A stretch of DNA of 63,242 nucleotides, filler included, from Octopus bimaculoides (lineage: Eukaryota): NCBI RefSeq assembly GCF_001194135.2. It is 4 parts of 4 records of this genome, joined end to end, with 100 filler letters (N's around TTAATTAATTAA, not from the genome) between each part and the next. Parts side by side here need not be neighbours in the genome. Positions count along the whole stretch, not along the records: positions 1 to 14,436 come from NC_068983.1; 3 more parts are not named here. One strand, given 5' to 3'. The notes beneath the pieces were generated by a model. It saw only the letters and a list, made by a program, of their open reading frames with translations, was not told the origin of the DNA and did not search any database. Both the position numbers and the translations under genes were made by a program. Positions 1 to 13,444 of the stretch are shown here, one piece after another. The number at the start of each line of letters is the position of its first letter. Positions within the stretch are counted from its first letter, which is position 1.

Positions 1-9
1 ATATATGTA

Positions 10-197
10 CATTATAGTAAGAATGGATACATAAGGGTGGAAGACCACAGGAACAATACCGTATATCAAACGCAAGACTTAATATGTGTGTGTGTGTATG
101 TGTGTGTGTGTGTGTGTTCATGTCTTAAATCTTGCGTTGGATATACGGTATTGTTCTTGTGGTCTTCCACCCTTATGTATCCATTCTTACTATAATG
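10..197. repeat. Inverted repeat (about 72-bp arms) enclosing a (TG)n tract
   Basis: cattatagtaagaatggatacataagggtggaagacc... pairs with ...ggtcttccacccttatgtatccattcttactataatg. Confidence 0.85.
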
Positions 198-287
198 AGA
201 ATTCTAGCTCATGCTGAGCACTTCAACTCTAGCCCGTTTTTATGTATTGTTATATTAACAATATATAATTATACAAAAAAATTACAG

Positions 288-324
<37 letters not shown>

Positions 325-1213
325 NNNNNNNNNNNNNNNNNNNNNNNNNNNNNNNNNNNNNNNNNNNNNNNNNNNNNNNNNNNNNNNNNNNNNNNNNNNN
401 NNNNNNNNNNNNNNNNNNNNNNNNNNNNNNNNNNNNNNNNNNNNNNNNNNNNNNNNNNNNNNNNNNNNNNNNNNNNNNNNNNNNNNNNNNNNNNNNNNNN
501 NNNNNNNNNNNNNNNNNNNNNNNNNNNNNNNNNNNNNNNNNNNNNNNNNNNNNNNNNNNNNNNNNNNNNNNNNNNNNNNNNNNNNNNNNNNNNNNNNNNN
601 NNNNNNNNNNNNNNNNNNNNNNNNNNNNNNNNNNNNNNNNNNNNNNNNNNNNNNNNNNNNNNNNNNNNNNNNNNNNNNNNNNNNNNNNNNNNNNNNNNNN
701 NNNNNNNNNNNNNNNNNNNNNNNNNNNNNNNNNNNNNNNNNNNNNNNNNNNNNNNNNNNNNNNNNNNNNNNNNNNNNNNNNNNNNNNNNNNNNNNNNNNN
801 NNNNNNNNNNNNNNNNNNNNNNNNNNNNNNNNNNNNNNNNNNNNNNNNNNNNNNNNNNNNNNNNNNNNNNNNNNNNNNNNNNNNNNNNNNNNNNNNNNNN
901 NNNNNNNNNNNNNNNNNNNNNNNNNNNNNNNNNNNNNNNNNNNNNNNNNNNNNNNNNNNNNNNNNNNNNNNNNNNNNNNNNNNNNNNNNNNNNNNNNNNN
1001 NNNNNNNNNNNNNNNNNNNNNNNNNNNNNNNNNNNNNNNNNNNNNNNNNNNNNNNNNNNNNNNNNNNNNNNNNNNNNNNNNNNNNNNNNNNNNNNNNNNN
1101 NNNNNNNNNNNNNNNNNNNNNNNNNNNNNNNNNNNNNNNNNNNNNNNNNNNNNNNNNNNNNNNNNNNNNNNNNNNNNNNNNNNNNNNNNNNNNNNNNNNN
1201 NNNNNNNNNNNNN

Positions 1214-2400
1214 CACCTCCTTACCAACCACCTTACGCTTCACACACTTCTTCCATCGGTGTTGCTGTGCTTCGATCCAGTTGGTGAAACAGCTTTTATC
1301 CTGTTTGTTAAAAAAAAAAAAGTCATCAACAACAGATATGACGTCATCATCACTGCGCTGCTAGTTCTCAGCCAAGTATTTTTTCATGTTGAAGGAATAG
1401 TTAATAGTCAGACGGGGCCAACTCAGGAGAATAGGGAGGGTGATCAACCAGTACAAAGCCACAGTCATGCACAGTAGCCACTGAAACCAGGGACTTGTGT
1501 GCTGGAGTAATGTCCTAATTAAATAAATCCCCTTTCGTCAATTTTCCTGGGCGTTAGGTATTCGTAGCCTTTCGTAACTGCATCAGCAAGTTGGCATAGT
1601 ACTCTCCATTGATGGTGTGGCCCTTTTCAAGATACTCAATAAACACAATGCCTTTTGCATCCCAAGAAACTGAGACCGTCACTTTCCCTGGAGATGAAAC
1701 GACCTTGGCCTACTCTGGAGCAGGTAAAGTAGGGTGCTTCCACTGCATGGATTGTCTCTTCGTCTTTGGCTTAAATCCAACACTCATCCTGGCTTAGGAA
1801 ACGTTAAAAAAAAAACAAGCTGGATCTGCCGCAGACTATGTCAGATTTTCTCGTTATGTGATCAGCCTGGTGCGCTTTTGATCAGGAGTCAGACGTTACA
1901 CCCATCAAGCAGAAATCTTCGTCATGCCAAATTCATTGTGCGGAATATTCCCAACTCACTCACAGGATATGCTAACAGCATTGGCTATTCAATCGCCTGT
2001 CATCCATCAACATGTGGTGAACATATCCAATGTTTTCATCGGTCCAGACCTTGGGTCATCTTCAAGAGTATCTCTTCCCCATTCCTAAATTCCGCTGCCC
2101 ATTTTTGCAACGTTGTTACTGCTGGAACATCATCTAATGCGGCAAGCATGTCAGCATGAATGTCCTTGGGGACTAAACCCCTTTTCTGCAGGAACTTGAT
2201 AACACCATAATGCCAAATTTTGTCCATTTTCAAGAGAAGTCGCTTCTAGTTACTTTTGAAGTCTTCTTTGAACTGTGAGATGTCAGTTTACTTTGAAAGA
2301 AGCAATGCATTTAATAATAAGAAGGTTGAAATAAATGCATGCAAGATTTCATAGCTCTCGCATCACTCTTTCATAACTAGCTTATGAACTTTGGATGGAA
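1214..2400 (-). mobile_element. Degenerate mariner transposon (near full-length transposase, pseudogenised)
   Basis: ATG 2227 gives MDKIWHYGVIKFLQKRGLVPKDIHADM. Further on: KAKVVSSPGKV..SV.WDAKGIVFIEYLEKGHTINGEYYANLL and HPPYSPELAPSD (YSPDLAP motif), with stops and frameshifts. Confidence 0.9.
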
Positions 2401-2949
2401 TTTATAAACATTTAAATCATCGCTACGCGCATTTCCACAAATCGCATGTTTCTTAAGATTACAGTCCGTATTCCTGGGATGGTTACAGTGTAGTCTGTGG
2501 TATCAGTGAGCATTGGGTAGGAAGCAGAGAAACGAAACTACGCAAAATCTCTCTGTTATATTATTGAGCAACTGCGGATGCATTCCGGACTTCCAAAAAT
2601 TTATAACATTTTTTAAAAGAAATTAAAAAAGCATGTTAAAATACTTCTGCAAATAAATATAGCATTCATTAATTTTAGCATACAAAATGAATAAATGATT
2701 TCCTTAAAAAATAAGTACTTTGTGAATTTCATTTAATAGTGTCGCTGAATACAAACTGAATCCTGCGGTGACAGTCTTTGTTAAAAGTCCTCAGACAGAG
2801 GTTGGTGCATCTTTTTTTAATCTAGTCTCTACCGCCAACTTTGAAACTACAGAACTCTCCTCCTGCGACAAGTCTTTCAACATCATTTCTTGTCTTTAGT
2901 AGAATTTCCTTTCAAGTCGCACTTAAAATAGTTTGTAACTATCTTTGTA

Positions 2950-3560
2950 TTTTCTCAGACAGTATCAATGAAAATAGATGGCATTTACAATGTTAAATGG
3001 CCAACAGTAATCTTTTACTGTCATATCAGAGCTTGTATTTGACACGTCAACCATTTTTCTACGAAGCTTTCTACATGTAATACATCTTGAAAGTTGTTAA
3101 CCTTAGACAATCAGCTGCAGGGCAAGCGTTACATTCGGAAACATGTAAACTTTGTTACTTTAAGCTTCTTTTGTATTCTATGAAGCTCTGCGGGTTGACC
3201 AGAAGTGTTGTCCAGCAGTGGATGACAAATGATTTCTAATACAGATGTACGCAAAAATATAAAATTTATTTCAGTACAAGTTCAAGAAAAATTCCTGCGT
3301 GACCCATCTCTTCCTGTTCGACCTCTAATTGTAACTTATTTAACCATGTCAATCAGTGGTGTAGCTTATAAGGGAGCAAGAAGAGCGACCGTCCCCGCTG
3401 AGCACAGTTTTCAAGACTGGCGCCTTTTTAAACAATTTTTTAACTCTTTAGTTCAGATTTGCAATAATAAGCCGAATCTCACTTCTTTGTTTATCGCATG
3501 CCCTTGAAAGAACTTTCTAGAGTCATTACTTTATTTGACCAACCTCTCTTGTTTTTTATC
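2950..3560 (-). mobile_element. Highly degenerate pogo/Tigger-like transposase fragment
   Basis: Minus frames give LLDNTSGQP (cf. LLDNAPGHP), PNVT..LQ and TFKMYY of the DDE_1 domain; many stops; boundaries approximate. Confidence 0.45.
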
Positions 3561-5048
3561 AATCTACTCAATCTCTTGTGATGTGTTAGTGGTCACTGAC
3601 AATCTGAAGAACCGAAACAAACCTTGACGTCATGACCTCTCGATACTGGACTATCCCATGGGGTTTCACCTTTTTTACGTCACGCCTATATCAGTGGAAG
3701 ATTTATAATAATTAAAAAATAGAAGGGACACACATTCATGCATACATACGCGCACGCACACATGCATGCATACATATGTATACATACATACATGTGTGTG
3801 CGTGGTGTGTGTGTGTGTGTGTGTGTGTACGTGTGTTTGTGTGTGTGTGTGGGGGGAGCGATTAAGCCCATACTTTGCTGAGTATGTGAAATAAAACCGA
3901 CATACGCTTGAGGTTATCACCTGCCATCCAACAGTTAGGTGATTAATTTTTTTTCTCACCACATTTCCAATAATTTCCATGCAGTCAACCTATTTCGATT
4001 TTTTTTTTTAATTTTTAGATTTAGAGTTATCGCCCCTACTTTTGTCGGTCCGAATGCAACATTAGTTCCGCGATCAACTATTTTTAATACAGACATGTAA
4101 ATCTTTCAATTGAGAATACTGATCATACAGCTTGCACATGTAAGCGTAGACCTCAGCAAGATATTTCCTTTGAGCTGAACTAGCAGGCGCTTATGCATAC
4201 AAGTTTTCTCTTCGCGATAGCCTTCACGAGGTCTTGATTTCGATCTCACTGAATGGCATGTAGAAATGCATTTTTGTTGTTGTTATTTTACAATGCCTCT
4301 CGAGTAAATAAATCCAAGCTTTATTAAAGACAAAAAGAAAAATGGCCTTGGGCTTGTAAAGCGTGACGTGGACATCGTTACAGGTGTTGCTCTTAAAACG
4401 CAAAATAACTGGCAAGACATCGCATCCGAGTCTTCAATAGTTTTACCAAACCATCATGCTGGATTAGTTCTTTCCTTTTTATTTATTTGTCTATTGAATT
4501 ATTCTTCTCCTTTTTATTGGTTCCCCACCAAAATTGAACAGTTGGCCTCGGCTGGAATTGAACTCAGAGCGCAGAGAATAACCGGAACATATAATGCGAG
4601 ACATTTTATTCACGACTTCAACGGTTCAGCTAATTCACCACTCAAGCAGCGTATCAAAGTTTGAGGTGGGTGGGGGACGAGGAAGATGGTCAACCCCGGG
4701 CAATGCTTTTACAGGGGTCTACTGAATAGGCTTTCGGTTCTGCTGCATAAGCTTGTGCAATCTGGGTCCCGGATTGAAAGGGGCAGCAAGTTCAAGTGCA
4801 TCCCTGTTCGGCACACACTCTAATCATGCCACTATCTATCGTCGCCTTAGTCCATGCAGAACAGTGATTCTCAACCGGGGTCCATATAAGACTTTTGAGG
4901 GTCCACGCAAGAAATAGTAAATTGGAGGGGTCTACAAAAGCGGATCATTCTTTCAGGGTCGATAAAATAAGAACCAATCAAGCACTGGTGTCAATGTTAT
5001 CGACTAGGCTTATCTCACCAAAAATTTAGGCCTTATGCCTATAGCTGT

Positions 5049-5418
5049 GGATACGCAATGGCCCAGTGGTTAGGGCAACGGACTCGCGGTCATAGGATCG
5101 CGGTTTCGATTCCCAGACCTGGCGTTGTGAGTGTTTATTGAGCGAAAACACCTAAAGCTCCACGTGACTCCGGCAGGGGATGGTGGCGAACCCTACTGTA
5201 CTCTTCCACCACAACTTTCTCTCACTCTGTCTTCCTGTTTCTGTTGTGCCTGTAATTCAAAGGGTCAGCTTTGTCACACTGTGTCACGCTGAATATCCCA
5301 GAGAACTACGTTAAGGGTACACGTGTCCGTGGAGTGCTCAGCCATTGCACGTTAATTTCACGAGCAGGCTGTTCCGTTGATCGGATCAACTGGAAAACTC
5401 GTCGTCGTAACCGACGGG
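5049..5418 (+). mobile_element. tRNA-headed SINE, family A (Arg-TCG-like head)
   Basis: A box TGGCCCAGTGG, anticodon-like gac-TCG-cgg, B box GGTTTCGATTCC; near-identical to 47902-48294. Confidence 0.8.
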
Positions 5419-5684
5419 CTGTTAGTTAGTCACACAGTTAGTTAGTCACACATGTCTGCGGAATACTCAGCCACTTACATGCTAAGTCAATAAACAAGTA
5501 GTTCAGTTGACCGAACAACTAAATACTCATCGTCGAAAGCTTTGCCCTTCTTTCTTCCGTTCTAAAGTTGCTGAAATAAAGTACTCGAAGCAAAGATATC
5601 GGCACCAGCCTCCCTTAAGAATTGATGGTTTTCTGCCGAAATTAAAAAAAACAATTATTATCATTACGAAGGTATTTGCGGTGG

Positions 5685-7192
5685 TGTGCTGGTAGAATGG
5701 TTAGCGCCCCGGATAAAATAATTAGCGTAATTTCTTATGGCTTTTTATTCTGAGTTCAAATTTCGCCAAAGTTGACCTTGCCTTTTATTTTTTCGGGATC
5801 GATAAAATAAAAACCAGTCAAGCACTGGTATCGATGTAATCGACTAGGCTAATCTCACCAAAAGTTTAGGCCTTATGTCTATAGCAAAAAGAATTAGGAA
5901 CACACTTAAGGTGGCGCGCTGGTAGAATAGCACACCGGACAAGTGCTTCGTGACGTTTCTTCCAACTCTTTACGTTCTGAGTTCAAATTCCGCCAAAATT
6001 AGCCTTGCCTTTAAAACTTTCAAAATCGATAAAATAAATAAAGTACCTGTCGAGTAATGGTGGTAATGAAATTGACTAACATTCACTGTTAAAACTGCTA
6101 GCATTGTGCCAAAATTGGAAACCAAAGGCGGCAAGTTGGTGCAATCGTTTGCACGTTGGACAAAATGCTTATTGGAATATCTAACATTATGTTGAGTTCA
6201 AATTTCGTCGAGGTTGACATAACTCTTCAGCCTTTCGGGGTCGACAAAATAAGTACGAGTCGAACATTCATGTCAACGGTATCAACAAAATCTCTTCCCT
6301 CAAAATCGACGGCCTTGTATTTAAATTGATTTCAGATTTTGGCACAATTTTGAGAGAAGGGGGGCTAAATCGATTACATCAACAGGTCCTTATTTTATCG
6401 ACTGCAAAACGATGAAAGGCAAAGTCGACCTCGGCGGAATTTGAACTCAGAACGNNNNNNNNNNNNNNNNNNNNNNNNNNNNNNNNNNNNNNNNNNNNNN
6501 NNNNNNNNNNNNNNNNNNNNNNNNNNNNNNNNNNNNNNNNNNNNNNNNNNNNNNNNNNNNNNNNNNNNNNNNNNNNNNNNNNNNNNNNNNNNNNNNNNNN
6601 NNNNNNNNNNNNNNNNNNNNNNNNNNNNNNNNNNNNNNNNNNNNNNNNNNNNNNNNNNNNNNNNNNNNNNNNNNNNNNNNNNNNNNNNNNNNNNNNNNNN
6701 NNNNNNNNNNNNNNNNNNNNNNNNNNNNNNNNNNNNNNNNNNNNNNNNNNNNNNNNNNNNNNNNNNNNNNNNNNNNNNNNNNNNNNNNNNNNNNNNNNNN
6801 NNNNNNNNNNNNNNNNNNNNNNNNNNNNNNNNNNNNNNNNNNNNNNNNNNNNNNNNNNNNNNNNNNNNNNNNNNNNNNNNNNNNNNNNNNNNNNNNNNNN
6901 NNNNNNNNNNNNNNNNNNNNNNNNNNNNNNNNNNNNNNNNNNNNNNNNNNNNNNNNNNNNNNNNNNNNNNNNNNNNNNNNNNNNNNNNNNNNNNNNNNNN
7001 NNNNNNNNNNNNNNNNNNNNNNNNNNNNNNNNNNNNNNNNNNNNNNNNNNNNNNNNNNNNNNNNNNNNNNNNNNNNNNNNNNNNNNNNNNNNNNNNNNNN
7101 NNNNNNNNNNNNNNNNNNNNNNNNNNNNNNNNNNNNNNNNNNNGCTATGCATTTCGCCCGGCGTGCTAACGTTTCTGCCAGCTCGCCGCCTT
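5685..7192. mobile_element. Cluster of SINE family B copies (three tandem plus-strand, one minus-strand across a gap)
   Basis: Repeated gttagc..ccgg, gagttcaaatt.cg.c.a.gt.gac and gtcgataaaataag blocks at about 5685, 5910, 6128 and 6380-7192 (minus). Confidence 0.75.
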
Positions 7193-7499
7193 CGCCTTGT
7201 GTCTAAATTAAAAACAATATTCATTATGAAAACACTTGCTTTTGCTGGTTAGATTGATCTTGGTTCTATGCAGTTACCTGATTAGGCCTAGTTGGAGGTC
7301 CTCCGGTACCAGGAAAACTCAATATCACCTATCTATCTATCTATCTATCTATCTATATATATATATATTACATTTGCTTCTTATATTCGTTCGATTTTCT
7401 TCATCCAATTTTTTTGGTTCACGTAACCAACCAACCACCCCACCCATCTTTCTAATATCCCCTTCATTCGACGTCCCTGTGGCCAAACAAAAGCAAAAG

Positions 7500-8164
7500 T
7501 CATTGCTGCTGCTGCTATAGATCCAATTAATATTTGCAGTTCTTGTCTCGTTATTTTTGTTGTGGCAGTTTCTGGAGCTGAGCAGCTGATGTCGTAATGG
7601 TTGCTGTTGATATTTTTGCAGTTATAACTACCGTTCCAACAGTAGTAGTAGCAGTAGTAGCAGCAGTAGTAGCAGCAGCAGCAGTAGCAGTAGTGATGGT
7701 GGTGATGGTGGTGGTGGCTTGTCGAAATCATTGTTGTTGCTATTGTACTTTTTATGCTATAATCTTGTTGTTATTGTAGTTGATGTAGTAATTGTTGTTG
7801 TTGTTGTTGTATAACCAGTGGTCAGCTCTGAATCAGCAGACCGATAATCGAAGGTGGCTCGTATTCATGATAATATTTCGTTCTTGGGATTTTCTTAAAT
7901 AAACACAGTAGAGTACAGTTTAAAGGCGATTCGGCTGCTATTTCTAACGGGCTCGTGGTCGTGGTCGTAGTGATCATCGTCGTCGTCGTAGTAGTAGAAG
8001 TAGTACTGGTGGTGGTGGTGGTGGTGGTTCCTGTTGCTGCTGTCGTTAATACTGTTACTACGACTACAACAGCTGCTGCTGATATTGCTACTGCTGCTGC
8101 TGCTGCTGCTGATGATGATGATGTAGTGCCGCTTACTGCTACCACCGTAGTCCCACCTACTACA

Positions 8165-8197
<33 letters not shown>

Positions 8198-8481
8198 GCT
8201 GCTGTTGCTGCCGCTGCTACTGTTGCTACTGCTGCTGCTGCTGGTATTGTTGCTACCAGAACTACTGCTGCTGTTGCTTCATTTACTGTAGCTACTACTC
8301 TTGCAGCTGCTGCTGCGGTTGCTGTTGCAACTTGTGGTGCTGCTGTTGCTGCCGGTTGATAATGGTGGTGCTACTGTTGCAGTAAATAATATTTATTTAT
8401 TCGTTTATGTAATTTTTTTCTTTTTTTTTGTAATACCACTGTCCACTAAATACTAACAATGTCCGTGTAAACGCCTCTACT

Positions 8482-8522
<41 letters not shown>

Positions 8523-8618
8523 CGCTGCTGCCGGCACTTCTGCGACTATTATCAGTTCCGCTACTAATACAACATCTGCTACTACTGCGACGACGAAGAC
8601 AACTACTACTATTAATAC

Positions 8619-8657
<39 letters not shown>

Positions 8658-8674
8658 TGTTACTACTGCTGCTT

Positions 8675-8712
<38 letters not shown>

Positions 8713-8720
8713 GTTGCTGC
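7500..8720. repeat. Compound trinucleotide low-complexity block (CAG/TAG/GTG/CTA/CTG/ATT)
   Basis: Runs of gcagta, gtggtg, ctacta, gctgct, attatt; the poly-A/T/V ORFs here are translation artefacts. Confidence 0.9.
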
Positions 8721-8911
8721 TGCTGTTTCTGTTATTACGGCCAGTGAACTGGTGTCCTGCTGTGCATCCGCGTCATCTTCGGCAAGGACGCCAATTTGTC
8801 CTGTTCGGGTTAGAAAAGACCTTAGTTACCATGCAAACGTCACTGCAGAAACAACAGTCTGCCAGGTTGGTTGGAGTTACCTTGTTTTCTAATCACTTAG
8901 CATGCAGAGAG

Positions 8912-8958
<47 letters not shown>

Positions 8959-9065
8959 CACGCAAACGGATGTTCAAACTGGTACTAGCATTAAGTTGGC
9001 AGGTGTTTGTCGATATGTGTGTNNNNNNNNNNTGGTACTAGCATTAAGTTGGCAGGTGTTTGTCG

Positions 9066-9099
<34 letters not shown>

Positions 9100-9327
9100 A
9101 TAGATAGATATATAGATAGATAGACAGATAGATAGATAGATAGATAGATAGATCGTTTCAATTCTCTTCCTTTCTTCACCTTCTTAACATTAATTATTTC
9201 TTTACTCCAATCTCTACTTTCACTTTCGTTTTTAAACACGATATTTCTTGTTTACGTTCTTTTCGTATTCTACACTTTCTTTCTCGAGCTTCTTTTTCTA
9301 TTCCTCCCTATCCATCCTTCTCTCCCA

Positions 9328-9367
<40 letters not shown>

Positions 9368-10961
9368 ATATATACCAGTCTGTGTCTGTCATTCACCTAT
9401 ATTTGTCTGTTTGCCTGTCTGCTAGGAGACTGTTCATAACTTCACTTTCTCAGTTCATAATCTGTTGCCGATATTCCTTATTTATAAATCGATTACGTAT
9501 CATTATATTTCAGTTCAAAGTTTTGCAAGAGAACAGTCAGTAAAAGAGAAAGAAAAAGTCTAAAAAGCACATACACACTGCCGCGTTGGCATTAACTCAG
9601 CATCCAGCTGAGTGCATTCTACAAATGTATGTATGTATGTATGTATGTATGTATGTATGTATGTATGTATGTATGTATGCGTGTATGCACCTACAAATGT
9701 ATCTATGCAAGCGGGTATGTATGTTTCAATGTAAGTATAGGTGTATGTACGTATGAATGAATGTGTGTGTACATGTATGTATGACGTATTTTTGTATGAA
9801 AATATGCGTGTGTACGAAAATGCATATTTATGTATACTTGTATGTGTCTATTTATGTACCTTCGTATGTATGTACATAAACCTCTATATACACATGCATA
9901 CAGACGCATTTGTATGTATGTATGTACATATGTGTGTGTGTGTGTGTGTATGTGTTTATGTATGTATATTCGTACATATACCAATATACGCTCATTCGTA
10001 CATCCACGTATATATCTATTTATATATAATGTATGTGAGATGATGTATGTATGTATATATGTATGTATGTATATATGTGTGTATTTATGTATGTATGTAT
10101 GACATACCAACATATATGTACATATATATGTATGTATATATATATATATATGTATGTATATATATATGTATATATANNNNNNNNNNNNNNNNNNNNNNNN
10201 NNNNNNNNNNNNNNNNNNNNNNNNNNNNNNNNNNNNNNNNNNNNNNNNNNNNNNNNNNNNNNNNNNNNNNNNNNNNNNNNNNNNNNNNNNNNNNNNNNNN
10301 NNNNNNNNNNNNNNNNNNNNNNNNNNNNNNNNNNNNNNNNNNNNNNNNNNNNNNNNNNNNNNNNNNNNNNNNNNNNNNNNNNNNNNNNNNNNNNNNNNNN
10401 NNNNNNNNNNNNNNNNNNNNNNNNNNNNNNNNNNNNNNNNNNNNNNNNNNNNNNNNNNNNNNNNNNNNNNNNNNNNNNNNNNNNNNNNNNNNNNNNNNNN
10501 NNNNNNNNNNNNNNNNNNNNNNNNNNNNNNNNNNNNNNNNNNNNNNNNNNNNNNNNNNNNNNNNNNNNNNNNNNNNNNNNNNNNNNNNNNNNNNNNNNNN
10601 NNNNNNNNNNNNNNNNNNNNNNNNNNNNNNNNNNNNNNNNNNNNNNNNNNNNNNNNNNNNNNNNNNNNNNNNNNNNNNNNNNNNNNNNNNNNNNNNNNNN
10701 NNNNNNNNNNNNNNNNNNNNNNNNNNNNNNNNNNNNNNNNNNNNNNNNNNNNNNNNNNNNNNNNNNNNNNNNNNNNNNNNNNNNNNNNNNNNNNNNNNNN
10801 NNNNNNNNNNNNNNNNNNNNNNNNNNNNNNNNNNNNNNNNNNNNNNNNNNNNNNNNNNNNNNNNNNNNNNNNNNNNNNNNNNNNNNNNNNNNNNNNNNNN
10901 NNNNNNNNNNNNNNNNNNNNNNNNNNNNTGTGTGGGCGCACTTACGTACGTGTACGTCACC

Positions 10962-11004
<43 letters not shown>

Positions 11005-11119
11005 CATACACAGACATACAGACACTCACACATGTACTTCTCTCCCCTACATCCTCTGTCTTTCAGTATGTGTGTGTGCTTGTGTGTAGACACACGTATA
11101 TATGTACACAAATATATCT

Positions 11120-11153
<34 letters not shown>

Positions 11154-11970
11154 ATATATATATATACACACACACACAAATACACAAATATATGTATAAC
11201 GATAGACATCCCTACATACCTCTGACCTCCATCTCTTTCGCAATGCATCGCTCTCTCTCTTCTCCTACTCTCCCACTCCACACGTATATTCCGATCTATT
11301 TACAGGTTTATTATACTGCAGTTTCTACCCTTCTTGTATTTCTACTTATCACCTTCTTCCTGAGCCATTCTGAACTCTTACCTCTCCCCATACTGACATT
11401 TACCATCAACCACGTGACCGTCTTCATTCATAACTCACAACATTCACCTCTGACCCCGTCTCTAACCATCTGTCACTCACCTCTCATGCTCTTTGGGACT
11501 CCCCCCCCCTGTCCTTCCAGTCTGCTGGGAAGGACGGGGTCTCTCTTAGACATTCTTTTGTATATCTTGAGACTGGGCTCTGACACCTCGTCCCACCACC
11601 GTCTTAGTCCTTCTTCCAGCTACTCCCATCCACCTCTACTGTCTCTTTACCATGTTTTATCCTCACCCCACCCACTGGCATACGTCCATCCCCTTCCCTT
11701 ACTATAATCTCACTCCGTTGACAAGAATGCCTTGGTGATTTCTCACTAATGCTTGTGCCAATAAAAAAAAAGGTGGGGAAAAACACACCTTGAGCGTTCT
11801 GTGAAGTGTTAAAACAGGAAGAGCATCCAGCTGTAGAAGCCACGTGAAAGCAGACACTGGAGAGCAACACAGGCCTCTGACTCATTGGATCTTGTCACAC
11901 TGGCCAACCCATGCCGGCATGAAAGACAGACGTTAAATGATGACGATGAGGAAGATGATGATGATTGTGA

Positions 11971-12210
<240 letters not shown>

Positions 12211-13066
12211 AATGTGTGGGTGTGTATGTGAAGACATGTAACCCAGTGGTAAGCATATTGCACTCGTAATCATCAGGTTTTGATCCCCAGACCACTAGTA
12301 TGCTATGCTCTTGAGCAAAACACTTAATTTTACGTTGACCCTGTTTACTCAATTGTAAACTGGTAACCCAGTGATGGACTGACACACTAACATACTTAGA
12401 GGGAGGTGGGGGTGGCAGCACCGCATTTGGGTCTGCTGTACATAATATGTAATGTTTGTGGGGGCCCAGGGGTGGCAAACTGCAATGATATATGCATAAA
12501 TATATTCTATTTTTTTTTTACTTGTTTCAGTCATATGTGTGTGTGTGTGGTTTACAGACCAAATAGAGGTAGAATCAACAAAAAAATGCTCCATCCAGTG
12601 AGAGATAAATATCAATTTAAATGCAGTTCTATATTTAAGACATGAGGAACTATGTACATTATTTACATTATTTACAATTGATGGATATTTGTCCTCATTT
12701 TGTTTGACAAATATCCGTCAATTATAAATAATGTCAATAATGTATCAATTTAAATACACAACTGAAAGAGCTAATAGTTTCATGCTTTTATGATACTTGA
12801 ACAGGCATAATTGTAAAATCCATCATGTGTAATTTTTCAGGCTTTACGATAGGCACAGGAATGGCTGTGTGGTAAGTAGCTTGATTACCAGCCATATGGT
12901 TCTGGGTTCAGTCTCACTATGTGGTACCTTGGGCAAGTGTCTACTACTATAGCCTCACAGTGACCAAAGCCTTGTGAGTGGATTTGGTAGGGGGAAACTG
13001 AAAGAAGTCCGTCATATATATATATATACACATATATGTATACATATAGATATATATATATATATA

Positions 13067-13241
13067 AAACACCCACTACACTCTCGGAGTGGTTAGCGTT
13101 AGGAAGGGCATCCAGCTGTAGAAACTCTGCCAAATCAGATTGGAGCCTGGTGTTGCCTCCTGGTCCACCAGTCCTCAGTCAAATTGTCCAACCCATGCTA
13201 GCATGGAAAGCGAATGTTAAATGATGATGATGAGGAGGAGG

Positions 13242-13242
<1 letters not shown>
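13067..13242 (+). mobile_element. 3' UTR fragment of the (GAT)n-tailed LINE family. Further copies near 11790, 16330, 16625, 19040, 20258, 26510, 27110, 28245, 28620, 29305
   Basis: ggagtggttagcgttaggaagggcatccagctgtagaaac...catggaaagcgaatgttaaatgatgatgatg, recurring through 11.8-29.5 kb. Confidence 0.75.
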
Positions 13243-13277
<35 letters not shown>

Positions 13278-13444
13278 ATGGTTGTTTTCTTCTAACATTG
13301 ACTTAAACCACTCTAGCTGCTCACAGTAGATCTCCTTTGTTATTGTTTGGTTTGAGTCTAAAACCTTTCATGTCCCACCTTCTTTAGCCTGGGGTGCCGG
13401 TGTTTCTCCTTTCCCTACCTACTGTCTTTGGTGCTTGACATTTT

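Noticed and set aside
132-1364. Long ORFs in the track spanning N runs (also 6379-7224, 9703-11225, 38229-39169, 42083-43195, 48714-49575, 50711-51611)
   Set aside because: Length comes from X residues in gaps and microsatellite translation (YIYI, HTHT, CVCV); not coding evidence.
5049-5125. tRNA-Arg(TCG) gene
   Set aside because: Continues into a ~300-bp body shared with 47902-48294, which has a tail and TSD; a SINE head, not a tRNA gene.
7381-8359. Poly-His/Ala/Thr/Val ORFs (also 51669-51975)
   Set aside because: Translations of trinucleotide microsatellites with no splice or homology support.
8825-8838. X-box-like GTTACCATGCAAAC
   Set aside because: One half-site mismatched and no recognisable gene start nearby.
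8980-9075. Short direct duplication around a 10-N gap
   Set aside because: Same contig-overlap artefact pattern.
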